From NCBI GenBank assembly GCA_043750055.1, contig JAYVCH010000170.1, forward strand, positions 1-36,547: a DNA stretch of 36,547 bases. Reading direction: 5' to 3'. The notes beneath the pieces were generated by a model. That model was given only the letters and a program-made list of their open reading frames with translations. It did not search any database and had not been told where the DNA came from. This DNA is from Fibrobacteria bacterium. GTDB taxonomy: Bacteria > Fibrobacterota > Fibrobacteria > UBA11236. How positions within the stretch are numbered: position 1 is the stretch's first letter; the number at the start of each line of letters is the position of its first letter. The position numbers and the translations under genes were made by a program. Shown one piece after another: positions 9,216 to 18,922 of this stretch.

Positions 9216-9980
9216 ATGAAGCTTTTCGCTCTTTCCGATCCGCACCTTTCCTTTGGCGTTCCCGGCAAATCTATGGACCGATTTGGAGAAGAATGGGTGC
9301 GTCACCCTGATAAAATCAAAGCACATTGGGAACGTTTAGTGGGCCCGGATGATGTCGTGGTCGTTCCCGGGGACATCAGTTGGGCAAAAAAGTTTGAAGC
9401 GGCATTGGCGGATTTGATCTGGATCGGTTCATTGCCAGGGAAAAAAGTCATTCTCCGAGGAAACCATGATATCTGGTGGCCATCGGCATCGATGCTTGAA
9501 CAGGAACTGCCATCTAACATTCGCTTTATTCAAAACAACCACGTCAAAATTGGCCCGTTCGTATTCTTTGGATCGAGGATGTGGGACACGAAGGAATATT
9601 CAGTATTCGATTTGATAGAATGGGATCCCAAAAAAGGAGCTATCCCGGGTGTCAAATCCAGTGGCGATTTAAAGGAACAGGAACGGATTTATGATCGGGA
9701 AATACTTCGGTTAAAATTGTCCATTGATTCCATTTCAAGTGGAACCGAAGGGATTCGAATTGGATTAAGCCACTATCCGCCCTTGGATCATTTATTGACT
9801 CCATCCCGAGCCTCGGCGATGTATGCCCAGGCAAAAGCCCGCCACGTGATTTTCGGACACTTGCATTCCGTTAAAAAGGAATTTCAGGGACGCGCTTTCG
9901 GAGACTTAGATGGAACATGTTACCACCTCACCTCCTGTGATTATTTAGGGTATGAACCGAAATTAATTTGCGAAGTTTAA
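9216..9980 (+). CDS. Calcineurin-like metallophosphoesterase
   Basis: All five motifs present: SDPH, PGDISW, RGNHD, SHYPP, FGHLH. Confidence 0.9.
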   Translation: MKLFALSDPHLSFGVPGKSMDRFGEEWVRHPDKIKAHWERLVGPDDVVVVPGDISWAKKFEAALADLIWIGSLPGKKVILRGNHDIWWPSASMLEQELPSNIRFIQNNHVKIGPFVFFGSRMWDTKEYSVFDLIEWDPKKGAIPGVKSSGDLKEQERIYDREILRLKLSIDSISSGTEGIRIGLSHYPPLDHLLTPSRASAMYAQAKARHVIFGHLHSVKKEFQGRAFGDLDGTCYHLTSCDYLGYEPKLICEV

Positions 9981-11134
9981 AGCGAGTAGGAACCGCGGGC
10001 TAAAAGATCCGATCCTATTTCATCCAGAAAAAGCCAACCCTCCTCCACTAATTGCACTCGTCCAGCATGTCGAGCCAGCATCCCAACCTTTTCCCACTTA
10101 CGAAGTGTTTCTTCCGGCCATGTAAATCCCAAGCGATTTAAAAACGCCATATCCACACCACTATGTTGTCGGAGCCCCAATAAAACAGCCTCTGAAACTC
10201 GGTTTTCCGAACTGAGGGTTTCAATCGTGCATAAAGCCTCTTCGAATCCTCCATTTCCCCAATTCAAATAGTCTTCAAAGGAACGAGGAGAAACTCTCCT
10301 TTGATTCTCAATGAAACCATGCGCTCCGGGCCCAAAGGAAAGGTATTCTACTCCATTCCAATAGCCTTCATTATGGAAACATGGACGACCAGGTAAAGAA
10401 AAATTGGAGACTTCATAACGATGATATCCACGAGACCGCAATAGATCTACACCTGACGTGTACATGCCATTGTAGATGCCGTCCTCGGGCAAGACTAAGG
10501 CACCGGAAGCTTGTTGCTTTGCAAATTCGGTACCCTCTTCAATGCTAAGACCATAAAAAGAAACATGGTCAGGATGATAACCAAGCAGGGTTTCTAAACT
10601 TTGGAGGAACGATACTTCCGTTTGTCCGGGCAACCCGAAAATAAGGTCCCCACTAAATTGAAAGCGGCCATCTGCGGCCACGGTTTCTAAGGCTCGACAG
10701 GCCGTTTCAACGGTATGGACGCGTCCAAGTCGCACCAGTTCCTCGACGTGAAAACTTTGGATGCCAAGACTAAGTCGAGTAAAACCAAGGCTATGATAGA
10801 AATGGAGCTTTTCTTTAGTGAGGCTACTCGGATTGCACTCTATCGACATTTCCCGTACCTGAGAAAGATCATAAAGACTGTGCATTCGTTTTACTATGCC
10901 CTCGAGAAACTCGGTTGCTAAAAGAGAGGGCGTTCCACCCCCAAAAAAAACCGTGTCCACTTGGCGCGACTTTCCGAGAAAAGATCGGTTCTCTAATTCT
11001 TTGAGAAGAATTTCATACCAGCGACGTTGCTGAACCGCAGGTAATTCCCAACTGGCAAAGTCACAATAATGACATTTTTTTTCACAAAAAGGGACGTGAA
11101 TATAAAGTTGAATCAGGGGGGAAGGAGGACTCAT
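9977..11134 (-). CDS. hemW: Radical SAM heme chaperone HemW (HemN-like)
   Basis: YIHVPFC-EKKC-HYCDF (CxxxCxxC), GGGTPS, RLSLGIQSF, DLIFGLP, YEVSNF, HNxxYW. No HemN N-terminal extension. GGGAGG SD. Confidence 0.9.
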   Translation of the reverse strand: MSPPSPLIQLYIHVPFCEKKCHYCDFASWELPAVQQRRWYEILLKELENRSFLGKSRQVDTVFFGGGTPSLLATEFLEGIVKRMHSLYDLSQVREMSIECNPSSLTKEKLHFYHSLGFTRLSLGIQSFHVEELVRLGRVHTVETACRALETVAADGRFQFSGDLIFGLPGQTEVSFLQSLETLLGYHPDHVSFYGLSIEEGTEFAKQQASGALVLPEDGIYNGMYTSGVDLLRSRGYHRYEVSNFSLPGRPCFHNEGYWNGVEYLSFGPGAHGFIENQRRVSPRSFEDYLNWGNGGFEEALCTIETLSSENRVSEAVLLGLRQHSGVDMAFLNRLGFTWPEETLRKWEKVGMLARHAGRVQLVEEGWLFLDEIGSDLLARGSYSL

Positions 11135-11148
11135 GCGCCTCCCAAGAT

Positions 11149-11171
11149 ATAAAACCCTCCGTAAAGGAGGG
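11149..11171 (-). terminator. Probable intrinsic terminator after ftsZ
   Basis: Minus strand CCCTCC-TTTAC-GGAGGG followed by TTTTAT, a few bases after the ftsZ stop. Confidence 0.6.
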
Positions 11172-11178
11172 ATGGGAT

Positions 11179-12588
11179 TTAGTCGGCCTTATTGCGAAGA
11201 AAGGCGGGTGTTTCGTAATCGATATCAGGATCCAAGTCCTTGTAACGGCCCTTTTGACTTTGAACACCAGCAGTACCGGATGCGGTTCCAAATTTACGGG
11301 AAATATCGGCTGCGGTTTCATTGAAAAGCACCCGGTTTTCATCGTCTTTTGGAATGGCTGGAATTGGAGTAAAGCCACTTTTGGGAACGGGTTTAACGAA
11401 GGAGCGACCAAGGGTTGCGTCCTCGATTTTAGACCGATCCTGAAAACCGGTGATTCGTTCTACTGGGGTGGTCGGGACTATGGGGGGCCTATCGTAGGAG
11501 GGTTCCCGAAAGGGTTCAACCATCTGAATTTTGGGCTCCACATGCGAAGGGTAAGCCGGTGCAGACCGTTTGGCAGCCAAATCCTGAGTGGAGAGCTTTG
11601 CGCCGAATTGTTTGGGTACATGAGTCTGACCAAAGCCGGTTGCGATGACGGTGATGGAAATTTCGTCTTTATAATCAGGATTCACGACGGTTCCGAAAAT
11701 AATATTAGCTTGAGTCTCACTTCCAATGGCTTCATAAATAAAATTCATGGCATCGTTGACTTCCATGATGCCAAGATCTTCACCGCCAGTAATGTTCACC
11801 AAGACGCCGGTTGCACCGGAGATACTGATATTATCCAGAAGCGGCGAATGAATCGCGCGGTCAGCGGCAATGGTTGCACGGTTTTCACCGTTGGCATGTC
11901 CTGTTCCCATCAAGGCGTCTCCACCCTGAGACATAATGGAGCGAACGTCAGCGAAGTCCACTTGAATATCGCCATGCTTGAGAATGATTTCAGAAATGCC
12001 TCGGGTCGCAGAACTCAAAATGTCATCAGCCATTTTAAAGGCCTCACGTAGCGATGTATTTTTATTGACAACGGAAAGGAGTTTTTGGTTCGGCACTACT
12101 ATGACCGTATCCACACTCTTTCGAAGCGCATCTAAACCTGATATGGCATTTTTATCCCTGACTGAGCCTTCCCATTGGAAAGGTTTAGTCACGACCGCCA
12201 CAGTGAGTACCCCCATCTCGCGAGCAATTTCAGCAACGACAGGCGCAGCACCGGTGCCCGTACCACCCCCCATACCCGCTGCGATAAATACCATGTCCGC
12301 ACCTTCAAGTTGAGCGCGAACACGTTCACGGTCCTCTTCCATCGACATCATTCCGACTTGGGGATTGGCTCCCGCGCCAAGACCCCCAGTCAGTTTGGAT
12401 CCAATCTGGATTTTGACATCGGCGTTATTATGTTCGAGGGCCATGGCATCGGTATTGACGGCGATGAATTCAACGCCCTTCAATCCTGAACTGACCATGC
12501 GGTTAATTGCGTTTCCACCCGCCCCACCGACACCGACAACCTTCAACCGGGCGACTGTTTTTACACTATCATCAAATGAAAAAACCAT
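11179..12588 (-). CDS. ftsZ: Cell division GTPase FtsZ
   Basis: VGVGGAGGNA, GMGGGTGTG tubulin signature, VDFADV, long linker, C-terminal peptide DYETPAFLR. AAGGAG SD. Confidence 0.99.
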   Translation of the reverse strand: MVFSFDDSVKTVARLKVVGVGGAGGNAINRMVSSGLKGVEFIAVNTDAMALEHNNADVKIQIGSKLTGGLGAGANPQVGMMSMEEDRERVRAQLEGADMVFIAAGMGGGTGTGAAPVVAEIAREMGVLTVAVVTKPFQWEGSVRDKNAISGLDALRKSVDTVIVVPNQKLLSVVNKNTSLREAFKMADDILSSATRGISEIILKHGDIQVDFADVRSIMSQGGDALMGTGHANGENRATIAADRAIHSPLLDNISISGATGVLVNITGGEDLGIMEVNDAMNFIYEAIGSETQANIIFGTVVNPDYKDEISITVIATGFGQTHVPKQFGAKLSTQDLAAKRSAPAYPSHVEPKIQMVEPFREPSYDRPPIVPTTPVERITGFQDRSKIEDATLGRSFVKPVPKSGFTPIPAIPKDDENRVLFNETAADISRKFGTASGTAGVQSQKGRYKDLDPDIDYETPAFLRNKAD

Positions 12589-12629
12589 ATCTCACTCCTT
12601 GCGATAAAAGGCTTGAACCTTCTGACTCT

Positions 12630-13865
12630 TCAAACGTATTGCTTAACCCAATCGGTCATCTTCCGCAAAATTTCCTTGAAACGATCACTACCCTGTACGA
12701 ACGTTTGTTCGTCGCGATTTTGACTAGATCGCATAACCCCGTACTGCACCAGGCCAACACCCGTGGCATGAACGGGCGTTGCCACCGAATCAACAAGGCC
12801 ACCAAATCCTTTGGGAACACCGAGTTTTACTGGCATTCCAAAGACTTGCTCCGCCAATTCCACTGCACCATGCATCAATGCGCCACCGCCCGTCAGGACG
12901 ACACCTGCACCTAGCATGTCGAGGTAGTGGTTTTTTTGCAGCTCACGCATGATGAGAGTAAAAATCTCACGCATTCTCGGCTCAATAATGGAAGCGAGTA
13001 CCGCCCGGCTGACTTCGCGTTGCTCACGACCACCCACACCGGGAACGGCGATATATTCTGAATTTTCCAGACCCACACGAAGGCAAGTACCATGATTACG
13101 TTTGATTTCCTCAGCGCGTTCCAATGGAGTTCGGATTCCAATAGCCAAATCATTGGTCACGTTTTTTCCGCCCAGACCGATACTGGCTGTATGACGAACG
13201 CTGTCTTCGATAAAGACGATTAGGTCGGTGGTTCCTCCACCCATGTCGATCACGGCTGCGCCCAATTCACGTTCATCATCCTCTAACACGGAATAGCTGG
13301 AAGCTAGGGGCTCGAGGACGATATCGGCGACTTTTAGTCCAGCCTTTTCAACGCTTTTGTAAATATTTTGGGCCGAGGTAATGGCACCGGTTACGATGTG
13401 AACATCGCCTTCCAGCCTCACTCCGGACATGCCAACGGGGTCTTTAATGCCCGGCTGATCATCCACAATAAATTCTTGAGGGATGACATGGAGCATTTCT
13501 CTATCCATGGGGATGGCAACGGCTCTAGCTGCCTCAATGACACGAGCTACGTCTTGGCGAGTGATCTCATTATCCGTTCTGGACACGGCGATGACGCCTC
13601 GGCTATTGATGGAACGAATATGGTCTCCGGCGATTCCCACATACACGGATTCGACGTCGACACCGGCCATCAACTCCGCTTCTTCTACGGCACGATGAAT
13701 CGATTTTACCGTCTTCTCGATATTCACCACGACGCCCTTGCGCAAGCCTTCACTGGGACTCGTCCCTACACCGACAATTTTTAATTGTCCGTTAGCATCG
13801 ACTTCCCCAATGATCACGCCGATCTTTGTGGTACCGATATCAAGTCCAACTATTGGGTTCGCCAT
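12630..13865 (-). CDS. ftsA: Cell division protein FtsA
   Basis: GLDIGTTK, DMGGGTTD, AEEIK, GVVLTGGG, C-terminal amphipathic helix. AAGGAG SD. Confidence 0.98.
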   Translation of the reverse strand: MANPIVGLDIGTTKIGVIIGEVDANGQLKIVGVGTSPSEGLRKGVVVNIEKTVKSIHRAVEEAELMAGVDVESVYVGIAGDHIRSINSRGVIAVSRTDNEITRQDVARVIEAARAVAIPMDREMLHVIPQEFIVDDQPGIKDPVGMSGVRLEGDVHIVTGAITSAQNIYKSVEKAGLKVADIVLEPLASSYSVLEDDERELGAAVIDMGGGTTDLIVFIEDSVRHTASIGLGGKNVTNDLAIGIRTPLERAEEIKRNHGTCLRVGLENSEYIAVPGVGGREQREVSRAVLASIIEPRMREIFTLIMRELQKNHYLDMLGAGVVLTGGGALMHGAVELAEQVFGMPVKLGVPKGFGGLVDSVATPVHATGVGLVQYGVMRSSQNRDEQTFVQGSDRFKEILRKMTDWVKQYV

Positions 13866-13875
13866 AAAAGCTCCT

Positions 13876-14034
13876 TCAATTATAGTAACAATCTTTTTCC
13901 AAATTCCGCAACATTTTTACGTAATTGATCTTTTCTTTTTCGTTTGGACACTTCTCAATGCATGGGGGTAACCTGGACTGTACCCCACATAAAAGCCGCT
14001 TCCACTGGGGCTGAAAATCGATCTCAATGAACAT
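13876..14034 (-). CDS. Possible 52-aa small protein filling the ftsQ-ftsA gap
   Basis: ATG at 14034 with GAGGG 8 nt upstream; the ORF spans the whole gap and its TGA abuts the ftsA SD. No recognisable family; could be chance. Confidence 0.2.
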   Translation of the reverse strand: MFIEIDFQPQWKRLLCGVQSRLPPCIEKCPNEKEKINYVKMLRNLEKDCYYN

Positions 14035-14950
14035 AAGCGTATCCCTCAACGCGCAAGTCAACGGTTTTGCCCGTTTCCATTTCTGCGCTTTGTTGTTTGA
14101 GAAGGGCTTGCAGGAATTCCAATGAATTCAACGACTTATTGGCATCGAATTTTTGAACGACACCCACCGATTGAGCGTAGGATCGCCCCGCATCCAAGCC
14201 CAGCAGAACCTTCAAGCGGCCATCACGAAGGAACACTTCCACAACCCCGCCCTCTTTTCTCAGAGTCAACTGAGAAAAATTTGCATAGAGAGAAGGAAAG
14301 GATTTTTTGGCAGCCTGAAGGAAAGTACCCAATACCGCTCGACGTGTTGAATCCAAGTTGGCAAAGCCATCGACAATGGGAAGGTCCGATTCGCCCCAAT
14401 CCATGCCCGTCATTTTTGTGCCATCCGATGCCAATCCATACCATCCTTTAGAAAAACCCACGGCCACCGCTTCCTTTTCTTTTACTCTTATCTCTATACG
14501 TGATGGGAAGATACGCTTCACTTCCACCTCACCCACACCGGGAATGGATAGCAATGCCGCTCGCACGTCTTGAATGGGAACGGAAGGCATTTTCACTCCC
14601 AATTCCAAACCCGCCTTTTCCAAAATGGTGGCCTTGCCCAACAGGTGATTGCCTACAACATCTACCTGTCGAAGCACGAGAAAGTCGTTATGCTGAAACG
14701 CTTGATAACCCGCATATCCGGCTGCACCGAGGACGGCAACGACGAAAGCCGCTATCCCTAAGGATCGCAATACGACCCAACTGCGCCGGGCAATGCCACT
14801 GCGGCGAACACGTTGCTTATCACGTTTGACATTGTCCCCTTTTTTAGAATTGGTGCCACGCCTGACCACAACGCTTGGAACGGATCGATGCGACTTGATG
14901 CGTGCATTAGATTTGAGTCCAGGTAACCGGGCATTGCGGCCCTGCCTCAT
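14024..14950 (-). CDS. ftsQ: Cell division protein FtsQ/DivIB
   Basis: Basic cytoplasmic tail, single TM helix, POTRA domain (VDVVGN...VKRIFPSRIEIRVKE), C-terminal VDLR. Start placed at 14950 (ATGA overlap with the murC stop, GGAGG 7 nt upstream). Position between murC and ftsA. Confidence 0.9.
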   Translation of the reverse strand: MRQGRNARLPGLKSNARIKSHRSVPSVVVRRGTNSKKGDNVKRDKQRVRRSGIARRSWVVLRSLGIAAFVVAVLGAAGYAGYQAFQHNDFLVLRQVDVVGNHLLGKATILEKAGLELGVKMPSVPIQDVRAALLSIPGVGEVEVKRIFPSRIEIRVKEKEAVAVGFSKGWYGLASDGTKMTGMDWGESDLPIVDGFANLDSTRRAVLGTFLQAAKKSFPSLYANFSQLTLRKEGGVVEVFLRDGRLKVLLGLDAGRSYAQSVGVVQKFDANKSLNSLEFLQALLKQQSAEMETGKTVDLRVEGYAYVH

Positions 14951-16332
14951 ACCCATGCCTCCATGATGTCTCCGCATCGACGTCCAATATCTCCTGCTCC
15001 CATCGTCAGCACAACGTCTCCCGACTTAAGCAGCGGAACGATTCGAGTCGGTAAGGAATCGGGGTTTTCGACGTACTCAACATGAACGGCACCAAGAATG
15101 GATTTGGCCGCATCGGAGATAAGATTGCCTTCGACTCCCGGAATCGGCGCTTCTCGGGACGCAAATACTCGCGTTACGAACAAAATATCACAGGCCTTAA
15201 ATGCGGCCGCGAAGTCTTCGAAAAGTTGTTGGGTTCTGCTGTAGAGATGTGGTTGAAAAACAGCGACCAGACGGCCCGAGCCAAGGTTTCGCGCCGCTTG
15301 CAAGGCCGCAAACACTTCCGTGGGATGGTGGGCATAGTCATCATAGAATGCAACGCCAGACTTCTGTCCTCGAAACTCCAGACGACGTTTGACTCCTTGA
15401 AAATCACCCAAACCGTGGGTCACTTCTGTGAAACTTAATCCCTCCTCTAATGAAAGGGCTGCTGCGGCTAACGCGTTGTAAACATTGTGTAAACCCGGAA
15501 CCCTCAGGGTTATTTCACCCAGCAATTTTCCTTTAGCCTGTAAGGTAAAAACCATTCCTTGACCGACCCCTTGGATATTCAGAGCTTGATAATCGGCATC
15601 TGATCCTAATCCATAGCTGATTTGTTTTACCTTCAACTCCATGAGTCTCGGCATGATATGTCGCACACCCTCATCATCGGTGTTGATTACAAGCAGGCCA
15701 TAAAAAGGCAGGGTTTGGGCAAAGGAAAAAAAGGCTTCCCGAACTCCTTGTATCGTCCCGTAACAATCCAAATGATCGGAATCAATGTTGTTAATAATCG
15801 CCGAGGTCGGCCGCATTGCTAAAAAAGACCGATCAAATTCATCCGCTTCGAAAATGAAAACTGGACCATCCCCGGCAACGGCGGAAAGATTTTCACCGCG
15901 AGCTGTACCTCCGGCCAACAGGGAGGGATTCTTACCTGCCTGTTTCCAAATTTGTCCTAACATGGTAGTGGTAGTGGTTTTTCCGTGAGTGCCCGCAACG
16001 CCAAAGGAATACTGGCCACGGAGAATTTCACCCAACATTTCCGCCCGGCGTATCGTTGGAGTTCCATTGCGACGAGCCTCGACAAGTTCGGGATTATCAC
16101 TTTGAACTGCGGATGAAAAAACGACGACATCGGCTTTGCCAACGTTTGTGGCTCGATGTCCTAATTCAACTTTAATTCCCAGATCCCGAAGCCGGTTCGT
16201 CGACTCACCGGCTTGACTATCCGAACCAGTCACTTGAAATCCCCACGCTGCTAGAATTTCCGCCATGGAACTCATGCCTGAGCCGCCAATACCGACGAAG
16301 TGAAGGTGGGTAAATCGAAGACTCGGTTTCAT
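14947..16332 (-). CDS. murC: UDP-N-acetylmuramate--L-alanine ligase
   Basis: HFVGIGGSGMS, AGTHGKTTTT, EADEFD, DHLD, DDYAHHPTE, FQPHLYSRT. Start placed at 16332 (ATGA overlap with the ftsW stop). Confidence 0.96.
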   Translation of the reverse strand: MKPSLRFTHLHFVGIGGSGMSSMAEILAAWGFQVTGSDSQAGESTNRLRDLGIKVELGHRATNVGKADVVVFSSAVQSDNPELVEARRNGTPTIRRAEMLGEILRGQYSFGVAGTHGKTTTTTMLGQIWKQAGKNPSLLAGGTARGENLSAVAGDGPVFIFEADEFDRSFLAMRPTSAIINNIDSDHLDCYGTIQGVREAFFSFAQTLPFYGLLVINTDDEGVRHIMPRLMELKVKQISYGLGSDADYQALNIQGVGQGMVFTLQAKGKLLGEITLRVPGLHNVYNALAAAALSLEEGLSFTEVTHGLGDFQGVKRRLEFRGQKSGVAFYDDYAHHPTEVFAALQAARNLGSGRLVAVFQPHLYSRTQQLFEDFAAAFKACDILFVTRVFASREAPIPGVEGNLISDAAKSILGAVHVEYVENPDSLPTRIVPLLKSGDVVLTMGAGDIGRRCGDIMEAWV

Positions 16333-17519
16333 GCCGCTACTTTTCCTCCACGTAAGCGATTTCCAGACCGATTCTGAGCTGCGCCAGCTAACATTTGCCA
16401 TTTTTTAGGATTAGCGCGCCACGATTCCGGTATCGAATCAAGGGAATGTCCTGAAATATTAAGTAGGACTCCCATGCCGAATAAACAAGCGCAGAGTGAG
16501 GTTCCACCGTAAGAAACAAAGGGTAAAGTCTGACCCGTGGTGGGGAAAAACTTGGCGCATACGCCCACATGCATGATCACATTGACGGATAAAGAAACCA
16601 CAATCCCCAACGCAGTCAAACTGCCAAACCGATCAGGGCAGTAAAAAGCGACTCGCAGCCCACGCCAAATGACCAGGGCAAAAAGTGCCAGACAAAGTGT
16701 AGTGCCCATCAGGCCCAACTCTTCACCCAAAATTGAAAAAATCGTATCCGTAAAAGGCATAGGGAGATAGCCGAGTTTTTGGGTACTGGTACCAAGTCCC
16801 GTTCCGAATATGCCTCCATTACCAAGGCTAATCAACGCTTGTAGGCTTTGATAACTACTGGCGAGATTTCCCTCGGGATGAATAAATGCTAAGACCCGTT
16901 TGAGCCGATAGGGACTGCTGATCATCAATGCACCCAGTGCAGGAATGACCAGAGAACCCAGAAAAACTAAATGCCGAATGCGACAACCTGCTGCGAAAAC
17001 CATCGCAATAGAAATCGCCATGACCGTAGCCGCGGTGCTGTAGTTCGGTTGTTTAAGAATTAAAAGAAATGTGATCAATGACATAGCTAAAGATGCCATG
17101 AGACCTTTCCAAAACGATTCCATCAATTCAGCCTTGACCGTCAACAATCTAGCGAGGAAAAAAATCATGGCGACTTTTGCAAGCTCAGAGGGTTGTAATC
17201 CAAAACTTGCGAAACTCAACCATCGTCGCGCTCCATGAGCGGATAGCCCCATGGTGACGACAATCAGTAATAGAGCAAGGGCGAGTAACATGACGGGACG
17301 AGCAGCTTTTTCCCATGTTCGGTAGGGAACGCTGAGCCCTATAAGAAAGGCGACAAATCCTATAATGACTTTCTTGATATGATTGACGAGGTAAAAAGAG
17401 TCCGGATAGCCACGTGTCTGGGCAAAGGCGGCGGACGAACTATAAATAATAACGATGCCAAATCCGACCAAAGCCAGTACGCCCAATAGTAAGACGATAT
17501 CTATCCGTAGGTTTTTCAT
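16329..17519 (-). CDS. ftsW: SEDS peptidoglycan glycosyltransferase FtsW
   Basis: About 10 TM helices, GARRW, QPSELAK, YRLKR, YQ..Q, GTGLG.S.QKLGYLP, TDTIFS..GEELG, PTTG.TLPFVSYGG. dcw context. Confidence 0.96.
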   Translation of the reverse strand: MKNLRIDIVLLLGVLALVGFGIVIIYSSSAAFAQTRGYPDSFYLVNHIKKVIIGFVAFLIGLSVPYRTWEKAARPVMLLALALLLIVVTMGLSAHGARRWLSFASFGLQPSELAKVAMIFFLARLLTVKAELMESFWKGLMASLAMSLITFLLILKQPNYSTAATVMAISIAMVFAAGCRIRHLVFLGSLVIPALGALMISSPYRLKRVLAFIHPEGNLASSYQSLQALISLGNGGIFGTGLGTSTQKLGYLPMPFTDTIFSILGEELGLMGTTLCLALFALVIWRGLRVAFYCPDRFGSLTALGIVVSLSVNVIMHVGVCAKFFPTTGQTLPFVSYGGTSLCACLFGMGVLLNISGHSLDSIPESWRANPKKWQMLAGAAQNRSGNRLRGGKVAA

Positions 17520-18922
17520 TAAGTCCGTTCTTCGGAACGCAACGCTCCTGCCTTAGCTTTTTCTTTTAGAAATTCATAAATCCTTTCCAACTTCATGCCA
17601 CGAGAGGCCTTAACGAGTACTGCATCCCCAGGGACTAAAAAACGGACCAATTCACTGGTCATCAATTCAAAATCGGCAAAGTGATGGGCGCGGTTACGAG
17701 GCAACCCTTTTTCGCGCGCTCCAGCATTGATATGACGACTCAGGTTACCAAAAGTGAAAATTTCATCCACTCCCATCTCCACTAAGTAATTGCCAATTTC
17801 TTTATGCAAGGCTATCGCCTCTTCCCCCAACTCAAGCATGTCTCCAAGTACAGCAATTCGCCGACCGACCGCACGGAAACTTCCCAAAGTGGACAGAGCC
17901 GAACGCATTGAGGAAGGGTTTGCATTGTAGCAGTCATCTAGTACAGTGAGACCTGAAAGCGTCTTCACCTGCATTCGGTTTTTACTGGCCTTGAAGCTAC
18001 GCAAACCTTGTGCAATCAAAGTTTTAGGCACACGTAGCTGGGTGGCTACGGCAATGGTTGCCAGAGCATTGTATACATTATGTCTTCCAGGAACTTGAAG
18101 ATGAAAGAGAGTTCGGCCGATTTTAAAGGATGCACATCCATCTGGTCCAAAGGTCAGATCCGTCGGTCGAATCTGTCCGCGGTCAATACCGAAGGTCATG
18201 AGTTTATATCGTGAGGTCGCTTTGATTTTGGCGAGCAGTGGATCGTCCACATTCAGAATTAAGGTGCCCTTACCGGAAAAGCCTGCTGTAATCGTGAGTT
18301 TTTCATCACGAATTTTTTCTTTGGTTCCAAAATGTTCGAGATGACTGTATCCAATATTGGTGATTACCGCCATGCTAGGCTGAGCGGCTTCAGATAATGG
18401 TGCAATTTCTCCAGGATGGTTGGTCCCCATTTCAATAATCGCATAGCGATGGCTAGGTTTTAGATCGAATAGGGTGAGAGGAACGCCGACTTGATTGTTG
18501 AAGTTTCCTTGCGTTGCTAAGGTGGGACCGACTTTTCCTAGGACATGAGAAATCATATCCTTGGTCGTAGTTTTTCCGTTAGAGCCCGTTACCGCGATCT
18601 TAGGAATTTTGAACTTTGCAGCATAGCCTCTTGCAAAGTGAAGCAGTGCGGTATTCGTGTCCGGCACGGGAACATACACATTAATTGGTATTCCGTTTGT
18701 TTCCATCCATTTTTCATCGACCACGGCCGCATACCCTCCTTGGGTGAAAGCTTGGTTTGCAAATTCATGTCCATTAAACTTCTCGCCCTTAAGGGCCCAA
18801 AATACTTGTCCACGCTTGAGCGTTCGTGAGTCTGTACACAGTCGAACCAATTTTGTCGGCCGATGTTTTCCCTTAATGGTTACGCCCAGCAACCGCGCCA
18901 ATTCTCCGAGGCTAATTTCCAT
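17519..18922 (-). CDS. murF: UDP-MurNAc-tripeptide--D-Ala-D-Ala ligase
   Basis: TDSR, TGSNGKTTTK, GNFNNQVGVPLT, EMGTNH, DCYNANPSSM, LGDMLELG, VKASRG. Start at 18922 (GGAG upstream) or 18934. Confidence 0.96.
   Translation of the reverse strand: MEISLGELARLLGVTIKGKHRPTKLVRLCTDSRTLKRGQVFWALKGEKFNGHEFANQAFTQGGYAAVVDEKWMETNGIPINVYVPVPDTNTALLHFARGYAAKFKIPKIAVTGSNGKTTTKDMISHVLGKVGPTLATQGNFNNQVGVPLTLFDLKPSHRYAIIEMGTNHPGEIAPLSEAAQPSMAVITNIGYSHLEHFGTKEKIRDEKLTITAGFSGKGTLILNVDDPLLAKIKATSRYKLMTFGIDRGQIRPTDLTFGPDGCASFKIGRTLFHLQVPGRHNVYNALATIAVATQLRVPKTLIAQGLRSFKASKNRMQVKTLSGLTVLDDCYNANPSSMRSALSTLGSFRAVGRRIAVLGDMLELGEEAIALHKEIGNYLVEMGVDEIFTFGNLSRHINAGAREKGLPRNRAHHFADFELMTSELVRFLVPGDAVLVKASRGMKLERIYEFLKEKAKAGALRSEERT

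Noticed and set aside
11254-12051. 265-aa plus-strand ORF antisense to ftsZ, and similar shadows over the MFS gene, ftsA, murC and the large secreted gene
   Set aside because: Fully nested opposite well-conserved genes, with no motifs or SD; explained by codon bias of the sense gene.
13879-13884. Perfect TATAAT on the minus strand just upstream of ftsA
   Set aside because: Transcription would start inside the SD, and no correctly spaced -35 or TGn extension is present.
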